Assembly: GCA_000002445.1 (NCBI GenBank)
Contig: CM000208.1
Span: 2,976,001-3,040,000, forward strand
Direction of reading: 5' to 3'
Length of the DNA stretch: 64,000 bases
Origin: Trypanosoma brucei
Taxonomy: Eukaryota
This document shows, piece after piece, positions 33,372 to 43,918 of this stretch. Within the stretch, counting starts at the first letter, position 1. Each line of letters starts with the position of its first letter. A model generated the notes under the pieces. That model worked only from the letters and a program-made list of their open reading frames with translations. It was not told the origin of the DNA and ran no database searches. A program made the translations under genes and the position numbers.

Positions 33372-33731
33372 CGCCTTCGTTATCTCCGTGCGCACAAGAC
33401 CTCCAGAGACTCCTAATCCGCCAGTATTTAAAAGAATGAATACAAAGATAAAGTGAACGAAACAGGAAGTAATCGTGTGAACAGTGGTGAGGAAGATGAC
33501 GTTATACACGAAAAGAGAGGTGCCCGTGCGGAGGAAGGGAGTGTATGTGCAAAGCATCAACGATATGACAGGAGGAGACCATACTGCCTACAAAAAGGAA
33601 GGTGGGGTACGTATCATTACCGGTGTGCACATGGCAGTCTCGCAATGTAGTGTGATTTGTAAATCCAGGAGAGAGAGACAGAGGGGAGGGGGCGTTTTAC
33701 TTGCGGATCTAATCGATCGTAACATTACTTA

Positions 33732-34778
33732 TTATTTTTTTTTGCTTGGTGGTGGTTCAGAGCCTTGCTCAACAAAACTCGCTTCTGCGTCGCGCAATTT
33801 TTGCGCCTGGCGGACTTCAATAAGATCGCCGAAGCGATCAGAGAAAAGTTCCCCACCGCCAGTTACAGCGGAGCCGATATACATGACTGCCCAGTAAATA
33901 ATATGGATGAAATCCAAGTCTTCTACGGCTGATCGCGGGTATCGCGTGCGTCCTTCAAGCTCCCAGTCGATTTTGTGCCAACCCTTCTCTCTTGCAGCTT
34001 CCAAAATAAGGTGGTAGCGTGCTGGGCTGGGGAGTGCTTCCAGGGGGTCTTCCTTCCCGAGTACCTCCATTGAAAGACGATAAATCTCGCTAAAACGCAT
34101 CCCTGTCACAATTTTTTGGTAATCAGAGCGATCCTCCGGACTTAACAACAACACAGTTTCCACCTCACGGTAGTACATCACAAGTGCAAGAACAACCCCG
34201 GTCAACCCCACGATGATTAGAGCAAGATGAGCGATGCGACGCCACCATTTGAACTGGCGCTCCGTTACGTTGCGAAAGGGATACCACATAAATCCGTACC
34301 AGCGTGTTTGGGCATAGCGATTGACGATATCGTGTTGCTGCTCCGCTGTCATTTGCATTGTGATACCCTCCTTTCGGCTTCGCCGCTTGCCGTTTAACAG
34401 TTCAACTGCTTTCAGAAAGCGAGCGGTGCTTCGGTCCTCTTTCGCATCGGTTTTCTGAGGTCTCAGCACAGCGAGGGGGTTAAGCGGCATCGCACGACCT
34501 GCTACTTTCCCGAAACCCAGAAAACCACGCCGTCCTTCCTCCACTTCACCGACAGGCATGCCGGTTGTATTTAAAAAGACGTTGGCAGCGGCGACAGTAG
34601 TTCGACCCGGGGACGTTGTCGGTGGAACATGTGTCTCCTCCCTTTTTGGTAACCGCAGTCTTCCTGGAGCGGTGCGGTGCCCTCTCCAAGCTAAGAATAT
34701 CACTGGCAGCCTCGGTATCCGAGAGTAGCCGGCGTTTGTTGCAGCAGGTGGATGGGATTGAATGCGCCACCGCAACAT
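33732..34778 (-). CDS. Hypothetical protein with one predicted transmembrane helix (IAHLALIIVGLTGVVLALVMYY) and an Arg/Pro-rich N-terminus that could be a presequence. The start codon is uncertain and the real start may lie downstream of the ORF tracker's.
   Basis: 348-codon minus-strand ORF with a hydrophobic 22-aa segment flanked by WWRR. No catalytic motifs. It sits about 360 bp upstream of eL34. Confidence 0.4.
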   Translation of the reverse strand: MLRWRIQSHPPAATNAGYSRIPRLPVIFLAWRGHRTAPGRLRLPKREETHVPPTTSPGRTTVAAANVFLNTTGMPVGEVEEGRRGFLGFGKVAGRAMPLNPLAVLRPQKTDAKEDRSTARFLKAVELLNGKRRSRKEGITMQMTAEQQHDIVNRYAQTRWYGFMWYPFRNVTERQFKWWRRIAHLALIIVGLTGVVLALVMYYREVETVLLLSPEDRSDYQKIVTGMRFSEIYRLSMEVLGKEDPLEALPSPARYHLILEAAREKGWHKIDWELEGRTRYPRSAVEDLDFIHIIYWAVMYIGSAVTGGGELFSDRFGDLIEVRQAQKLRDAEASFVEQGSEPPPSKKK

Positions 34779-36018
34779 TGGTAGTCAAAGTGCCAAATAC
34801 AACTAATGCCTTGCCTATGAACTACGATAAACGTGGACAAATTGATCAATGTCAAGTAGACATGCGCACTCTTGTTGAGGCGCGGCGCAGCAATTGATTT
34901 AAACTCCGCGGAAGAGTAGCCCCCGGCGGCATCGACCTATGAAAACGTGAGGAAAATGGAAGTAGCGGAAGAGGAAGATTAGAGAATCTTCGTTTTGAGT
35001 GACGACATATGGAAGGAAGCCATTCAACTCACAATTACCCCCCCCCCCACACACACACACGGTAAAAAGAGGTCCAACGAATAATACGATCCGCACTTCG
35101 CACACACAAATATGCATACGCTTTTGTCGCAAAGGCATATATACGTACGAGTATTACATTGTGCCTTTGACTTTGCACAATTTTTTTGTCTTCACTACCT
35201 CCCTCTACTCATTTTACCGTTTCCATTCCTTCTCTCCTTCCCGTTATTTCGTACGTTTGTTTTCCCTTTTGCCCCCTTCCCCCACTTCATATCGTCCAAA
35301 AAGTGAGCAAGTAAAACAAGAACTGCCCCCACCCCCTACGTTCGCTTCGTTTTGTCATTTTAAAGTCGTATTTCTTTTCCCTCCAACCCTCTCATCTCAG
35401 CTCCCATCTTCGATATAACACTAATATTTTGGTTCGTTCTGAAAACCAAATACGCAACCACCGTGGTGGGCCGTTGAAATCATCGTGAGTGAAGCTGCGC
35501 GAATAGTGAGAGAGTAAAATAAGAAAAAAAATGAGAAGGGAGAACAAAAAAAAAATGTACGCAAAACGAACAGGAAGAAAAATATAGTATAAACCAAAAC
35601 ACAAACGCAAACACAATAGGAATAGGAAAAAGGAAAGAAGAAATAATCGTTCCCTGACGTTACATCACCTTTTCATCTCCTGTTATCTTTTCCCACTTTC
35701 TCGCACTTCAGTGATAGGATAACTCGTTCGCCTATTTCCCCGTTCACCCGTGCATTACCTAAAGAGAGCCCCCAGCACCTTCTTCATGAGCGCGTGGAGC
35801 CACGCCGAATAGCTGACGAATCGGAAGAATGCATCCGTGACTTGTTTTGTGTTTGAGGTGGGTGCGCTTTCATCGTGTAAGTGGCAATTTGGCAGCCCAG
35901 TGACGGAATAACACGAGGTATCTGGGGATTCCTTTCTTACCGCTTCCGCACGCTCAAAAACTATATTAGACGATCCCCTGCTACCAGTGACCTCACTGTA
36001 TAGCACTGGGTCAGCCGT

Positions 36019-37155
36019 TCACGGCTTGGCATAAACTGTTCCTTGTGTTGTACGATGTTCGTACTGCTCTCCACAATAAATATCCGTGAAGAGTTCTTTC
36101 AGAGGGGTAATGGCCTGCTTCTCCGCAGGGGGAAGTTCCTTGTCCACCTCCTTCTTCACGTCCTTTTCCATTTGTTTAATTTCCTCGACCGTCATGATGC
36201 CCTCACTCACCACAAATTCCTTCATTTTTTCAATACAATCGCGTGTCCTGCGCACCTCCTGGATATCATTTTTGGTGCGGTACTGGCTGTCGGGATCACT
36301 CATCGAGTGACCCATGTAACGATATGAATCCATCTCTAGTACGACAGGTCCCTTGCCGGCAAGGCACCACTCCTTCGCCCAGCGCGTGCCCTCTTGAACC
36401 GCAAGGACGTCCATACCATCAACACGCAGCCCGGGAATATAATCACCACGGCGGTACATCTGTGGTTGATATGCAGCGCGGTCCTCCCTGGTGCCCATAC
36501 CATAGTGATTATTCTCACAACAGAATATGACGGGGATGCGCTGCAGTGCGGCGATATTCATTGCCTCAAACACCTGTCCTTGATTGGCTGCACCGTCACC
36601 ATAGAATGTAACAGCCACATTTGAGGGTTTGTCGCGGTTCTCGAGGGCATAGCGCCACGCGAGGCCCGCACCCAAGGGAGCCTGCGCACCAACGATGCCG
36701 TTCCCACCGTAGAAGTTTTCTTTAACCCTGTACATATGCATACTTCCACCTTTACCCTTGGAGCAGCCACCCTCTCGACCAAAGAGTTCCGCAAAGAGTT
36801 CCTCAATCGTGCCTCCCCGCGTCATAAATAATCCATGATCTCGATAACCGGTGACAACGGGGTCGCCACGCGAGAGGACGTTTTCCATACCCACAGGAAT
36901 GGCCTCCTGACCGATGCAGAGGTGGCAGAAACCGCGGATCTTCTTGAGTTTATATGACTGATCGGCAAGTGCCTCCACCCGACGGATACGAATCATCATC
37001 GCAAGGTTCTCTTTGATTTTCTCTGGTTCATATGTGGCGGTGGTCGGGATGGGCGGTAAATCATCGCGACCAGCCGTGTGCAGTTTGAAGGGAACATGAG
37101 GGTTAAGAGGTACCGTTTTGGCTCCCAAGAATACTCGGCTGACACACTTAAGCAT
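36019..37155 (-). CDS. PDHA: Pyruvate dehydrogenase E1 component alpha subunit, mitochondrial (ThDP-dependent); ~379 aa from MLKCVSRVFLGAKT. The ORF tracker extends it to 37284.
   Basis: CHLCIGQEAIPVGME...GYRDHG...GGCSKGKGGSMHMY...YGGNGIVGAQAPLGAGLAWRYAL...YGMGT is the E1-alpha ThDP-binding fold. The N-terminus looks like a mitochondrial presequence. I verified the ATG at 37153-37155 by hand. Confidence 0.85.
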   Translation of the reverse strand: MLKCVSRVFLGAKTVPLNPHVPFKLHTAGRDDLPPIPTTATYEPEKIKENLAMMIRIRRVEALADQSYKLKKIRGFCHLCIGQEAIPVGMENVLSRGDPVVTGYRDHGLFMTRGGTIEELFAELFGREGGCSKGKGGSMHMYRVKENFYGGNGIVGAQAPLGAGLAWRYALENRDKPSNVAVTFYGDGAANQGQVFEAMNIAALQRIPVIFCCENNHYGMGTREDRAAYQPQMYRRGDYIPGLRVDGMDVLAVQEGTRWAKEWCLAGKGPVVLEMDSYRYMGHSMSDPDSQYRTKNDIQEVRRTRDCIEKMKEFVVSEGIMTVEEIKQMEKDVKKEVDKELPPAEKQAITPLKELFTDIYCGEQYEHRTTQGTVYAKP

Positions 37156-38105
37156 GATTTTTTCCGATATTCTCCAATACCTTTCCTTTGTTCTTTCTTG
37201 CCGCGGCTGCTTGATTTTGTTGTGTGTGTCCAAACGTGTGTCTTTCTTACAGATTTCTCCAGTGAGTTTCCCACGTGTGCGCAATTACAATAGTCACTAC
37301 TGCGCACGCTTGTATGGCTAGTTCTTTGTGATCAACGGACTAAATTAAAAAAAAAAACGCGTTACCTATAATAACCGCGATATCATTTGTTTTGGCGACA
37401 GTTTCGGGGGTGAAGGGGTAAATTTTATAGGGTTGTATTAAGTTATATGAGACGACAAAGGTTACTTCTGGGAAGCCTCCCCGGGGGATTACCATTACGG
37501 TAACCTTCCCGAGGTGTTGTAAAGAGCGAGTTTTGGAAAAGAAAGAAGAGAAAGGGTGACCACAAATGCTGTCTACTTCGTTCTCCTTTTTCTCTCCTTC
37601 TACCTCACAGTTCTTTCTTTCCCGTTAGATTTAGGTAGCCAACTTAAAACAGTAATAATAATAATAATAGTAATAATAATAATAATAAATCGTAATAATA
37701 ATAGGTGGTGGTTCTGTGTCGTTGTAGCACGGTGGGAAGAGTGTTAGGATGCCTTGATAAGCCCCTGTGCATGCGTTGAACGCTCATCTGTTTTCCTTTG
37801 ACCACTTCCAACGGCCCTGACCCCACATAATCCCGTGGGCCCGCTTACCTGTATACATCCACAAACAGTCGTAGGGGTGTTGAGGTGCTGTGTATACAAG
37901 ACAGAAGGCGTTTCCCCACAAGAAAATAATAATAATATAAAGAAGTCCTGGGCAACACGTGCACTGATACCCCACACTCACCGAACTCTGTTACACATCG
38001 TGTCTAAAGTGCAAAAGGGAAGATGGGTATGAGAAGCATCCATCACGGAAACCGAATAACTTTCTTCCCCTTCCTCACATTCGTGCTTATCACGAACCTC
38101 CTCTC

Positions 38106-40541
38106 CTAGTCAAGCTGATCATCCGACGGGGGCTTCTCCCCGTCTCCCGCCTGAGACACTTCAGGCGGCACATTACCGTCGGCAGCCGTTTCCCCATCTT
38201 TCGCCTCGGGCGTGGCCTCCTTCGGTTTCGGTGGGGGTGGTCGCTTCACAACCGCACGGACCGCTTCGGCGACTTCTTTCTGCTTCTCCCGCAACGTGGA
38301 ACACGTGAGTACCGGGGACTCGCTTTTGTGCTGTTTACGATATTTCTCCATTTCATTCTCTGCCCACGCCAGAGCCTCGTCGCATTTGGCTGCCGCTCCT
38401 CGTAGTTCCTCTTCGGTGATGTGCGCTTCCTTTCCAATGGCTGCTAGTGCTGTATTTTTTGCTTTGTTCACCTCCTGCTTGAAGGTGGGAAGTTCAAACT
38501 CCACATCTTCGAAGTTGCGGCGGCGGTCACTTGCTGCGTCCGCGATCGCACGGAGAGTCTTAACGCGCTCTTGGTACACATTGAGTTCTGCGTCAGCACC
38601 GTCTTCATAAAGCCAGTTTTCATACTCATTTGCCAGTTGAATGAACTTTGCTTGTTGCTCCTTTGTGACGTACTCGCATAGGATTCCTCCATCGGCAATT
38701 CGCGGGCGGTTGTCTAGGATATAGCTTTCCAGTTCGTTTTTGCTGTCGCGCGTCTTGGTTATCAGGGCGTCTCGATCGTTCATTTCTGTCTCTTTCTTCT
38801 GGAACTCCACAATCTCCTGGCCAGTCAAACCAATGACGTCAAGGCGGGGAGTAACGCTCAGCTCCACGCGGCGCTGCTTCTGCTTCTTCACCATTGGCTT
38901 CTTCTCTGCTGGCTGCTCTCCTTCCTCGTTAGCGGTCTCGCCCTTCCCCCCCTCCTCAGCATCAGCGGGTTCCTCCACCTCATAGACCTCCACTGAGACG
39001 GCAGATTCCACTGACACAAGGCCGTTGGGGAGCAGCCGCACGCGCACGCGTACTTCTGTAGCGTTGGAATCTTTTCTCTGCGTCCCGATTTCCCATTCAC
39101 CAATGACAAAATCTTTGCGGGGCAAGTATGCCTTCACTTTTGGGTGCTCGCTGTCATAAAAGGCGTACAACTTGAAACCACCGGGCCGCTTGATAGTGAT
39201 CTCCAGCACCTTTGGATAATGGTCATCCGTGCCTTGTACAGACACTACCTTGTTGATGTCCGGAAGAAATGGCACGTGGCTTACAGCACTTGCGTTTTCC
39301 ATGTAGTATCCAAGCTTGATGGGATACGTTGGGATATCGCTCACAACAAATTCACGTACCTTGAACTTGGGAGAATAAACAGCTGCGGTAATTGCTGCAC
39401 CACGGGCCGCTGTTTCAGACGCGTTAAGGGTGAAATTTGGCGCACGTCCCAGTAACTCCTCCGCTGCGCTTTTGAACATGGGTATACGACTGCCACCGCC
39501 AATCATCTCAATGCTGTGGAATTGATCTGGAGAAAGTCCGGACTCCTCAAACCCCTTCTTGATCACTGCCTTGAACCGTTCAACAAGACAAACAGAGAGT
39601 TCCTCAAGTGTGGACCGCGGGAATGACGGAATGTTCACGTCAACGTCCATGAGGTTTTCCACGTTGAGTTGTGCAACCTGATTGCCTGAGAGAAGATATC
39701 TGAGGCGCTCGCATGCCTGGAGAAGGCGGAGACTCGCTCTTTTGTTCTCCTTCACATCCACGTGATACTTCTTCTTCACTTCTTCCGCCATATACTCAAA
39801 GAGTTTGTAGTCGATGTCCCGTGTTCCAAGATGACGGTCAAATGTACGGCTCAGCAACTTCAGATGACCGCGCCAGAAGCATGCAACAGCAAACACCGTG
39901 GTGCCGTAGCCCATATCAAGGATACCGACTACCTGCCCCTTGTCTTCTGTCTCTCCAAGCGAAGAGCCACGGAAGATGCCGTAGTCGATGCCGGCTGCCG
40001 TCGTGTCGTTCACGAGCGAAAGGCAGTTTAACCCAGCAATCTCACACGCTTGCATGAGCAACTTCCTTTGTTCAGCGGTATAGTAACAAGGAACTGTCAG
40101 CACGCATTCACGAGAGTCTACTGTAACCTTTGAGTCGGACAAACTTGCCAGGTTGACGTAACCGCGAAGTCGCTGCAGCATCATTGCAAGTACTTGCTCT
40201 GGGTAGAAATAAGTCAGTTCTCCGCAGTAATTCACGCCGAACATAAGCCGCCCCTTGTCATCACCTTTTATCGCGCACGTCAAAAAACGCCTCTCAGATT
40301 CAAGGCTGGGGTCGTCCATATACATGCCGATGAAACGCTTAAGCAAGAAAATAGTGTTTGAGGAATTGCGCACATAGCGGTCCAGGCCCGGTTCACCGAT
40401 AAAACGTTCATTGTCAACAAACGAAGCGATGGTAGTCGTTTCACGCTTGCTGACTTCGTTCGTCACGATGTCAACACCACCGTGTCGGGTGATGGCGACG
40501 GTGGTGTTCAAATTTCCAAAGTCCACACCGAAGACTGACAT
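38106..40541 (-). CDS. HSP110: HSP110-type protein of the Hsp70 superfamily, a nucleotide-exchange-factor class member (811 aa).
   Basis: N-terminal Hsp70 ATPase motifs MSVFGVDFGNLNTTVAITRHGGVDIVTNE...ASFVDNERFIGE and DMGYGTTVFAVA. The substrate-binding and acidic C-terminal region is extended, as in Hsp110/SSE rather than canonical Hsp70. The plus-strand ORF 38212..38610 is antisense. Confidence 0.85.
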   Translation of the reverse strand: MSVFGVDFGNLNTTVAITRHGGVDIVTNEVSKRETTTIASFVDNERFIGEPGLDRYVRNSSNTIFLLKRFIGMYMDDPSLESERRFLTCAIKGDDKGRLMFGVNYCGELTYFYPEQVLAMMLQRLRGYVNLASLSDSKVTVDSRECVLTVPCYYTAEQRKLLMQACEIAGLNCLSLVNDTTAAGIDYGIFRGSSLGETEDKGQVVGILDMGYGTTVFAVACFWRGHLKLLSRTFDRHLGTRDIDYKLFEYMAEEVKKKYHVDVKENKRASLRLLQACERLRYLLSGNQVAQLNVENLMDVDVNIPSFPRSTLEELSVCLVERFKAVIKKGFEESGLSPDQFHSIEMIGGGSRIPMFKSAAEELLGRAPNFTLNASETAARGAAITAAVYSPKFKVREFVVSDIPTYPIKLGYYMENASAVSHVPFLPDINKVVSVQGTDDHYPKVLEITIKRPGGFKLYAFYDSEHPKVKAYLPRKDFVIGEWEIGTQRKDSNATEVRVRVRLLPNGLVSVESAVSVEVYEVEEPADAEEGGKGETANEEGEQPAEKKPMVKKQKQRRVELSVTPRLDVIGLTGQEIVEFQKKETEMNDRDALITKTRDSKNELESYILDNRPRIADGGILCEYVTKEQQAKFIQLANEYENWLYEDGADAELNVYQERVKTLRAIADAASDRRRNFEDVEFELPTFKQEVNKAKNTALAAIGKEAHITEEELRGAAAKCDEALAWAENEMEKYRKQHKSESPVLTCSTLREKQKEVAEAVRAVVKRPPPPKPKEATPEAKDGETAADGNVPPEVSQAGDGEKPPSDDQLD

Positions 40542-40620
40542 GTGAATTGGCTCTTTTGTGCTTCACTTACCTGAAGTTTTCCCTTGCAGAACTTGTATTT
40601 AAATCACTCCTTTCTTTGCT

Positions 40621-40697
40621 CTACTTCGGACAAGAGAAAGGGGGAAAAGGCAGCAATGCAGAGGAAGGATCTGGGGAAAAGGGACCGAGGAAAAATG
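40621..40697 (-). promoter_or_regulatory. Poly-pyrimidine tract on the minus strand (purine-rich on plus) 80-150 nt upstream of the HSP110 start. Probable trans-splicing (SL acceptor) signal.
   Basis: Plus strand reads caagagaaagggggaaaaggcagcaatgcagaggaaggatctggggaaaagggaccgaggaaaaatg, i.e. a CT-rich tract on the coding strand immediately 5' of the gene, as is typical of trypanosomatid pre-mRNA processing signals. Confidence 0.4.
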
Positions 40698-41209
40698 TAT
40701 TCATGCAAAAAACAAACAAACAACACTCGGACACAAGACTCTCCCGGGTTGGATTGAGTTTTCCACACCTCTCCTTCAAACCTCGACAAGCAACGGTCGC
40801 ACCTCGGCGCCCCATGTGTGCTGATGACTTGCGACGAGAACGTTGGAAGGGAAGTGGAAGAAAAAAAAAACATGAAAGGATAATGCGCAACTATGTGACG
40901 CAACACACAGCAACTGACACAGAGAAAACACTAAACCGCGTTAAAGTATTTCCACCCTCATTTCCTTTTTTTCTAAAATCATCCAACCTTCCCCCATACC
41001 CTTCAGAAAATGCACAAACTGATACCCACAGCAACACAGTGCGTAGAAGCAAAGATGGTGGCAGATCATCAAAGAATGCAGCTTCTTACCTTCGCCAAAC
41101 TCCTTATATTGTTCCAATGGCTGTGCGAGGGCAAACCCTGTACGACACATAAAGTGGACAACTTCACAATGCTACTGGTTACTTGAGTAACTTTGATAGG
41201 GCACGCAAC

Positions 41210-43918
41210 TTAGCGCCATGGTCGAGGCATTGTGGCCCCATTTGATTGGGTTGGACTTTCAACTAACTGACAACAGCCCTGGGTCGCTGAGCATTGCTGT
41301 TGTTTGCGGCCACCACTAAGAGAACGCTGATTGTTACGGTACATTTCACTGTAGCCACCGGGTCGAGTGGTGATACTTAGCGGAATGCCCTCCTGTTGTT
41401 TCCATGATCTTGGCATTGAGGGTTTCCCATCGAGCTGTTGGACCTGCTCCTTGACGTTGTGCAGAAGATGCGTCCACTCTACATCCGTCTTTGGGGCCCG
41501 CCTCCTAATGTCGAGGAAGCTATCCAACTTTTCTGCCATCGTGTCGCGTTCCTGTCGTAGTGCCTCAGTTTCTTCTACTGCCCGCTCAACATCGCGCCTG
41601 GCTTCCTCAGCAGCTTCTCTCAACGCAGGTAGCACAAGTAATCGCTCCCGCGCATCCTCCAACTGCTTAGAAAGATGCTCTACACTTTTCATCTTTTTAT
41701 TGATTCGCTTTATTTCTTCACGAAGCGACTCATTCTCTAGTTTAACTTCGCGGTTTTGGGTTTGGAGCTGCAGATTCTTCTCTTCCAACTTCTTCTCATC
41801 ATCGGCTTCTTTTAAGGATTTCTGCTGCTGTTGCTCGAGTTCGGTTATGCGAAGTCGGGCTTTATGGAGTTTCTCTTGCAGCGTGTTACTATTTTTGTCT
41901 ATCTTCTGTACATCTTCCTTGTACTTTTGTGAATCATGTGTGTGCGTCTCCCGCTCCTTAGCGAGCTGCTGTTCCACCTCACACTTTTGGTCTTGCAGAC
42001 GATTCAACTCAAGTTGAAGCTGCCTTACCTCATTCTCGGCAGAATCACGCTTCTGCCGGAGATGATCTGCCTCTAAGTCCATTCTCTGTGTACGTTCTGT
42101 AAGTTGCTGTAAACGATATTGTTGCTGTTGGTTCTCCGTACGCAAACCAGCCAATTCCGCCTCTAATTTCGCCACAGTTGCCTCCACTGCCCGACGCTCC
42201 GATCGCTCCTTGTCGCGTTCTCGTTCTAACTCCCCGACTGCATCGAGTTGCTTTTGTAACCTACGCTGAGTGACATCTAGTTCGTGTTCAAGCCGTTTCT
42301 TTGTTTTTGCCAGGTCCTCCTTCATTGACCGCGCCATTTCTTGCTGCTGGCCTTCCGACTGCTGTTTGTAGTTCTCAAAGGAGAGGTCGCGGTTGTTTAG
42401 CTCTCGTTGAAGTGTTTTGGCACTTTCTTCCGCTTTATGCAGCTCATCCTTCAACCGTTGACACTCTTTTCGTGCCTTTTCCTGTTCCTTAGCTAGCCGT
42501 TCAGAGAGGTTCTCACAATCTCTCCTTAGCTTCTTGCAATCCTCCGTCATCTGTGCTATCTTCTCGCCTGACTGGCGCCTTTCTACACTTAGAAGCTCCC
42601 ACAACTCGTCTGCGCGCCGTGTCGACTCCTTTACTGTAATTTTATTTTCCCTCAGCTGGTCTTTGCACTGTCCCGCTTCCGCCTGCGCTGCCGAAATATC
42701 TCCGGTTAAGCGCTTTATTTGATCTTTCAGAGATCTATTGGTGGCTTTCAGTTCATTGATCTGTGCTTCATGTGCCTTCCTTTGCCTAGTTTGTGTTTCG
42801 ATAGCTTCTAAGGCGTCTGTCAGTTTGTCGGTGGTTAAGGCAAGTTTTTTCTGCGTGCACTCATGTTGATCCCGCGGGACCACATCACCTCTCCGCCGCT
42901 CAGCTTCCAACTTTGTAGAAAGGGTTTCATTCTCACCTTTCAACTTCGAGAGATGTTTCCACAACTCCTTGTTTTCAACAATAAGGGTATTAATCATTTC
43001 CATTGTTTCTTGCTCCGACACCTCGCTGAACGCAAGCATCTGCTCTTGAAGAGATGTTAGTACATCCTCCACGCCATTCAACTTCGATTCAAACTCCGCA
43101 ACGAGCGAAAGCACAGAGTTTCGAGTGGCAATAGCCGAAGCCTCGTCTTCTTCCTGTGCACGAAGTAACACACTAAAGGAGTCCGTTAGTCTGCCTGCAA
43201 AGGCTTTGTGCGTGTCGCGTATCTCATCTATACGTTGTTGCACCTCCCCAGTTGGAATGTACCGCGTACGGTCATTGAGCAAACGTTGAACCTCGCTCTG
43301 GTCCACAGTGGGCCGCTCGCGTTCTTGCTGCAGCTCACGACGAGCCCTCTCAACTTCCCATTGTGTCTCTTGGAGCATTGTTTTCAGACGGTCACACTCC
43401 CCACGCACATTGGCATGCTGCTGACGTTCGTGCACAAGGTGCTCCTCCAGCCGTTTTACACTACCCTCTGTTGCAGTTAGTTTTTCAACTGTTTCCCCGT
43501 ACCGCTGAGTCAAAGAACTAAACTCTACCTTTTGTTCATTTAGCTGCTTTGTCACGCGTGAGAGGCGTGAGTTCGTCTCCTTCAGCTCCTCTTGCATGAC
43601 ATCTGCCTCATGTTGTATGTTCTGAAGCTTCTGCTCCATTAAACCGCGGTGCAAGTCTCGAGTGCATGAGAGGCCCCCGATTACATCAGCGCCGTCGATC
43701 ACTCTTTCCAAGGGGGAGGAGGTGCCGCTACGGCGCCCAAAGGCGGATGCAGACCGGGAGGCAATACCAAGTTCCCCTTTTGGAGATGAAATATCTATGG
43801 TTCTAGGACCAGCACCTGGAGCACGGGACCCGCTTCTGTTCACACGCTCATCGGCTTTTCGTGATGGCGAACGGTCGGCATACAGTGAAGCGTCTTTCCA
43901 GCCGAGGTGCGTCTCCAT
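41210..43918 (-). CDS. Large coiled-coil protein (902 aa); probably structural, cytoskeletal or flagellar. No motor or enzymatic domain recognised.
   Basis: Nearly the whole ORF is heptad-like E/K/R/Q/L-rich sequence (e.g. ELKETNSRLSRVTKQLNEQKVEFSSL..., LQLELNRLQDQKCEVEQQLAKERE). The N-terminal ~100 aa are Ser/Arg-rich. The plus-strand ORF 41367..42017 is an antisense artefact. Confidence 0.6.
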   Translation of the reverse strand: METHLGWKDASLYADRSPSRKADERVNRSGSRAPGAGPRTIDISSPKGELGIASRSASAFGRRSGTSSPLERVIDGADVIGGLSCTRDLHRGLMEQKLQNIQHEADVMQEELKETNSRLSRVTKQLNEQKVEFSSLTQRYGETVEKLTATEGSVKRLEEHLVHERQQHANVRGECDRLKTMLQETQWEVERARRELQQERERPTVDQSEVQRLLNDRTRYIPTGEVQQRIDEIRDTHKAFAGRLTDSFSVLLRAQEEDEASAIATRNSVLSLVAEFESKLNGVEDVLTSLQEQMLAFSEVSEQETMEMINTLIVENKELWKHLSKLKGENETLSTKLEAERRRGDVVPRDQHECTQKKLALTTDKLTDALEAIETQTRQRKAHEAQINELKATNRSLKDQIKRLTGDISAAQAEAGQCKDQLRENKITVKESTRRADELWELLSVERRQSGEKIAQMTEDCKKLRRDCENLSERLAKEQEKARKECQRLKDELHKAEESAKTLQRELNNRDLSFENYKQQSEGQQQEMARSMKEDLAKTKKRLEHELDVTQRRLQKQLDAVGELERERDKERSERRAVEATVAKLEAELAGLRTENQQQQYRLQQLTERTQRMDLEADHLRQKRDSAENEVRQLQLELNRLQDQKCEVEQQLAKERETHTHDSQKYKEDVQKIDKNSNTLQEKLHKARLRITELEQQQQKSLKEADDEKKLEEKNLQLQTQNREVKLENESLREEIKRINKKMKSVEHLSKQLEDARERLLVLPALREAAEEARRDVERAVEETEALRQERDTMAEKLDSFLDIRRRAPKTDVEWTHLLHNVKEQVQQLDGKPSMPRSWKQQEGIPLSITTRPGGYSEMYRNNQRSLSGGRKQQQCSATQGCCQLVESPTQSNGATMPRPWR

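Noticed and set aside
33372-33560. N-terminal extension of the eL34 ORF by 63 codons (MMLCTYTPFL...).
   Set aside because: eL34 proteins begin at the conserved xxxRxxYRRR block. The extension is hydrophobic low-complexity translation of the 5' flank.
38212-38610. 132-codon plus-strand ORF inside HSP110, and a similar 216-codon one (41367..42017) inside the coiled-coil gene.
   Set aside because: These are antisense read-throughs of GC-rich coding sequence with low-complexity S/A/R-rich translations and no support.
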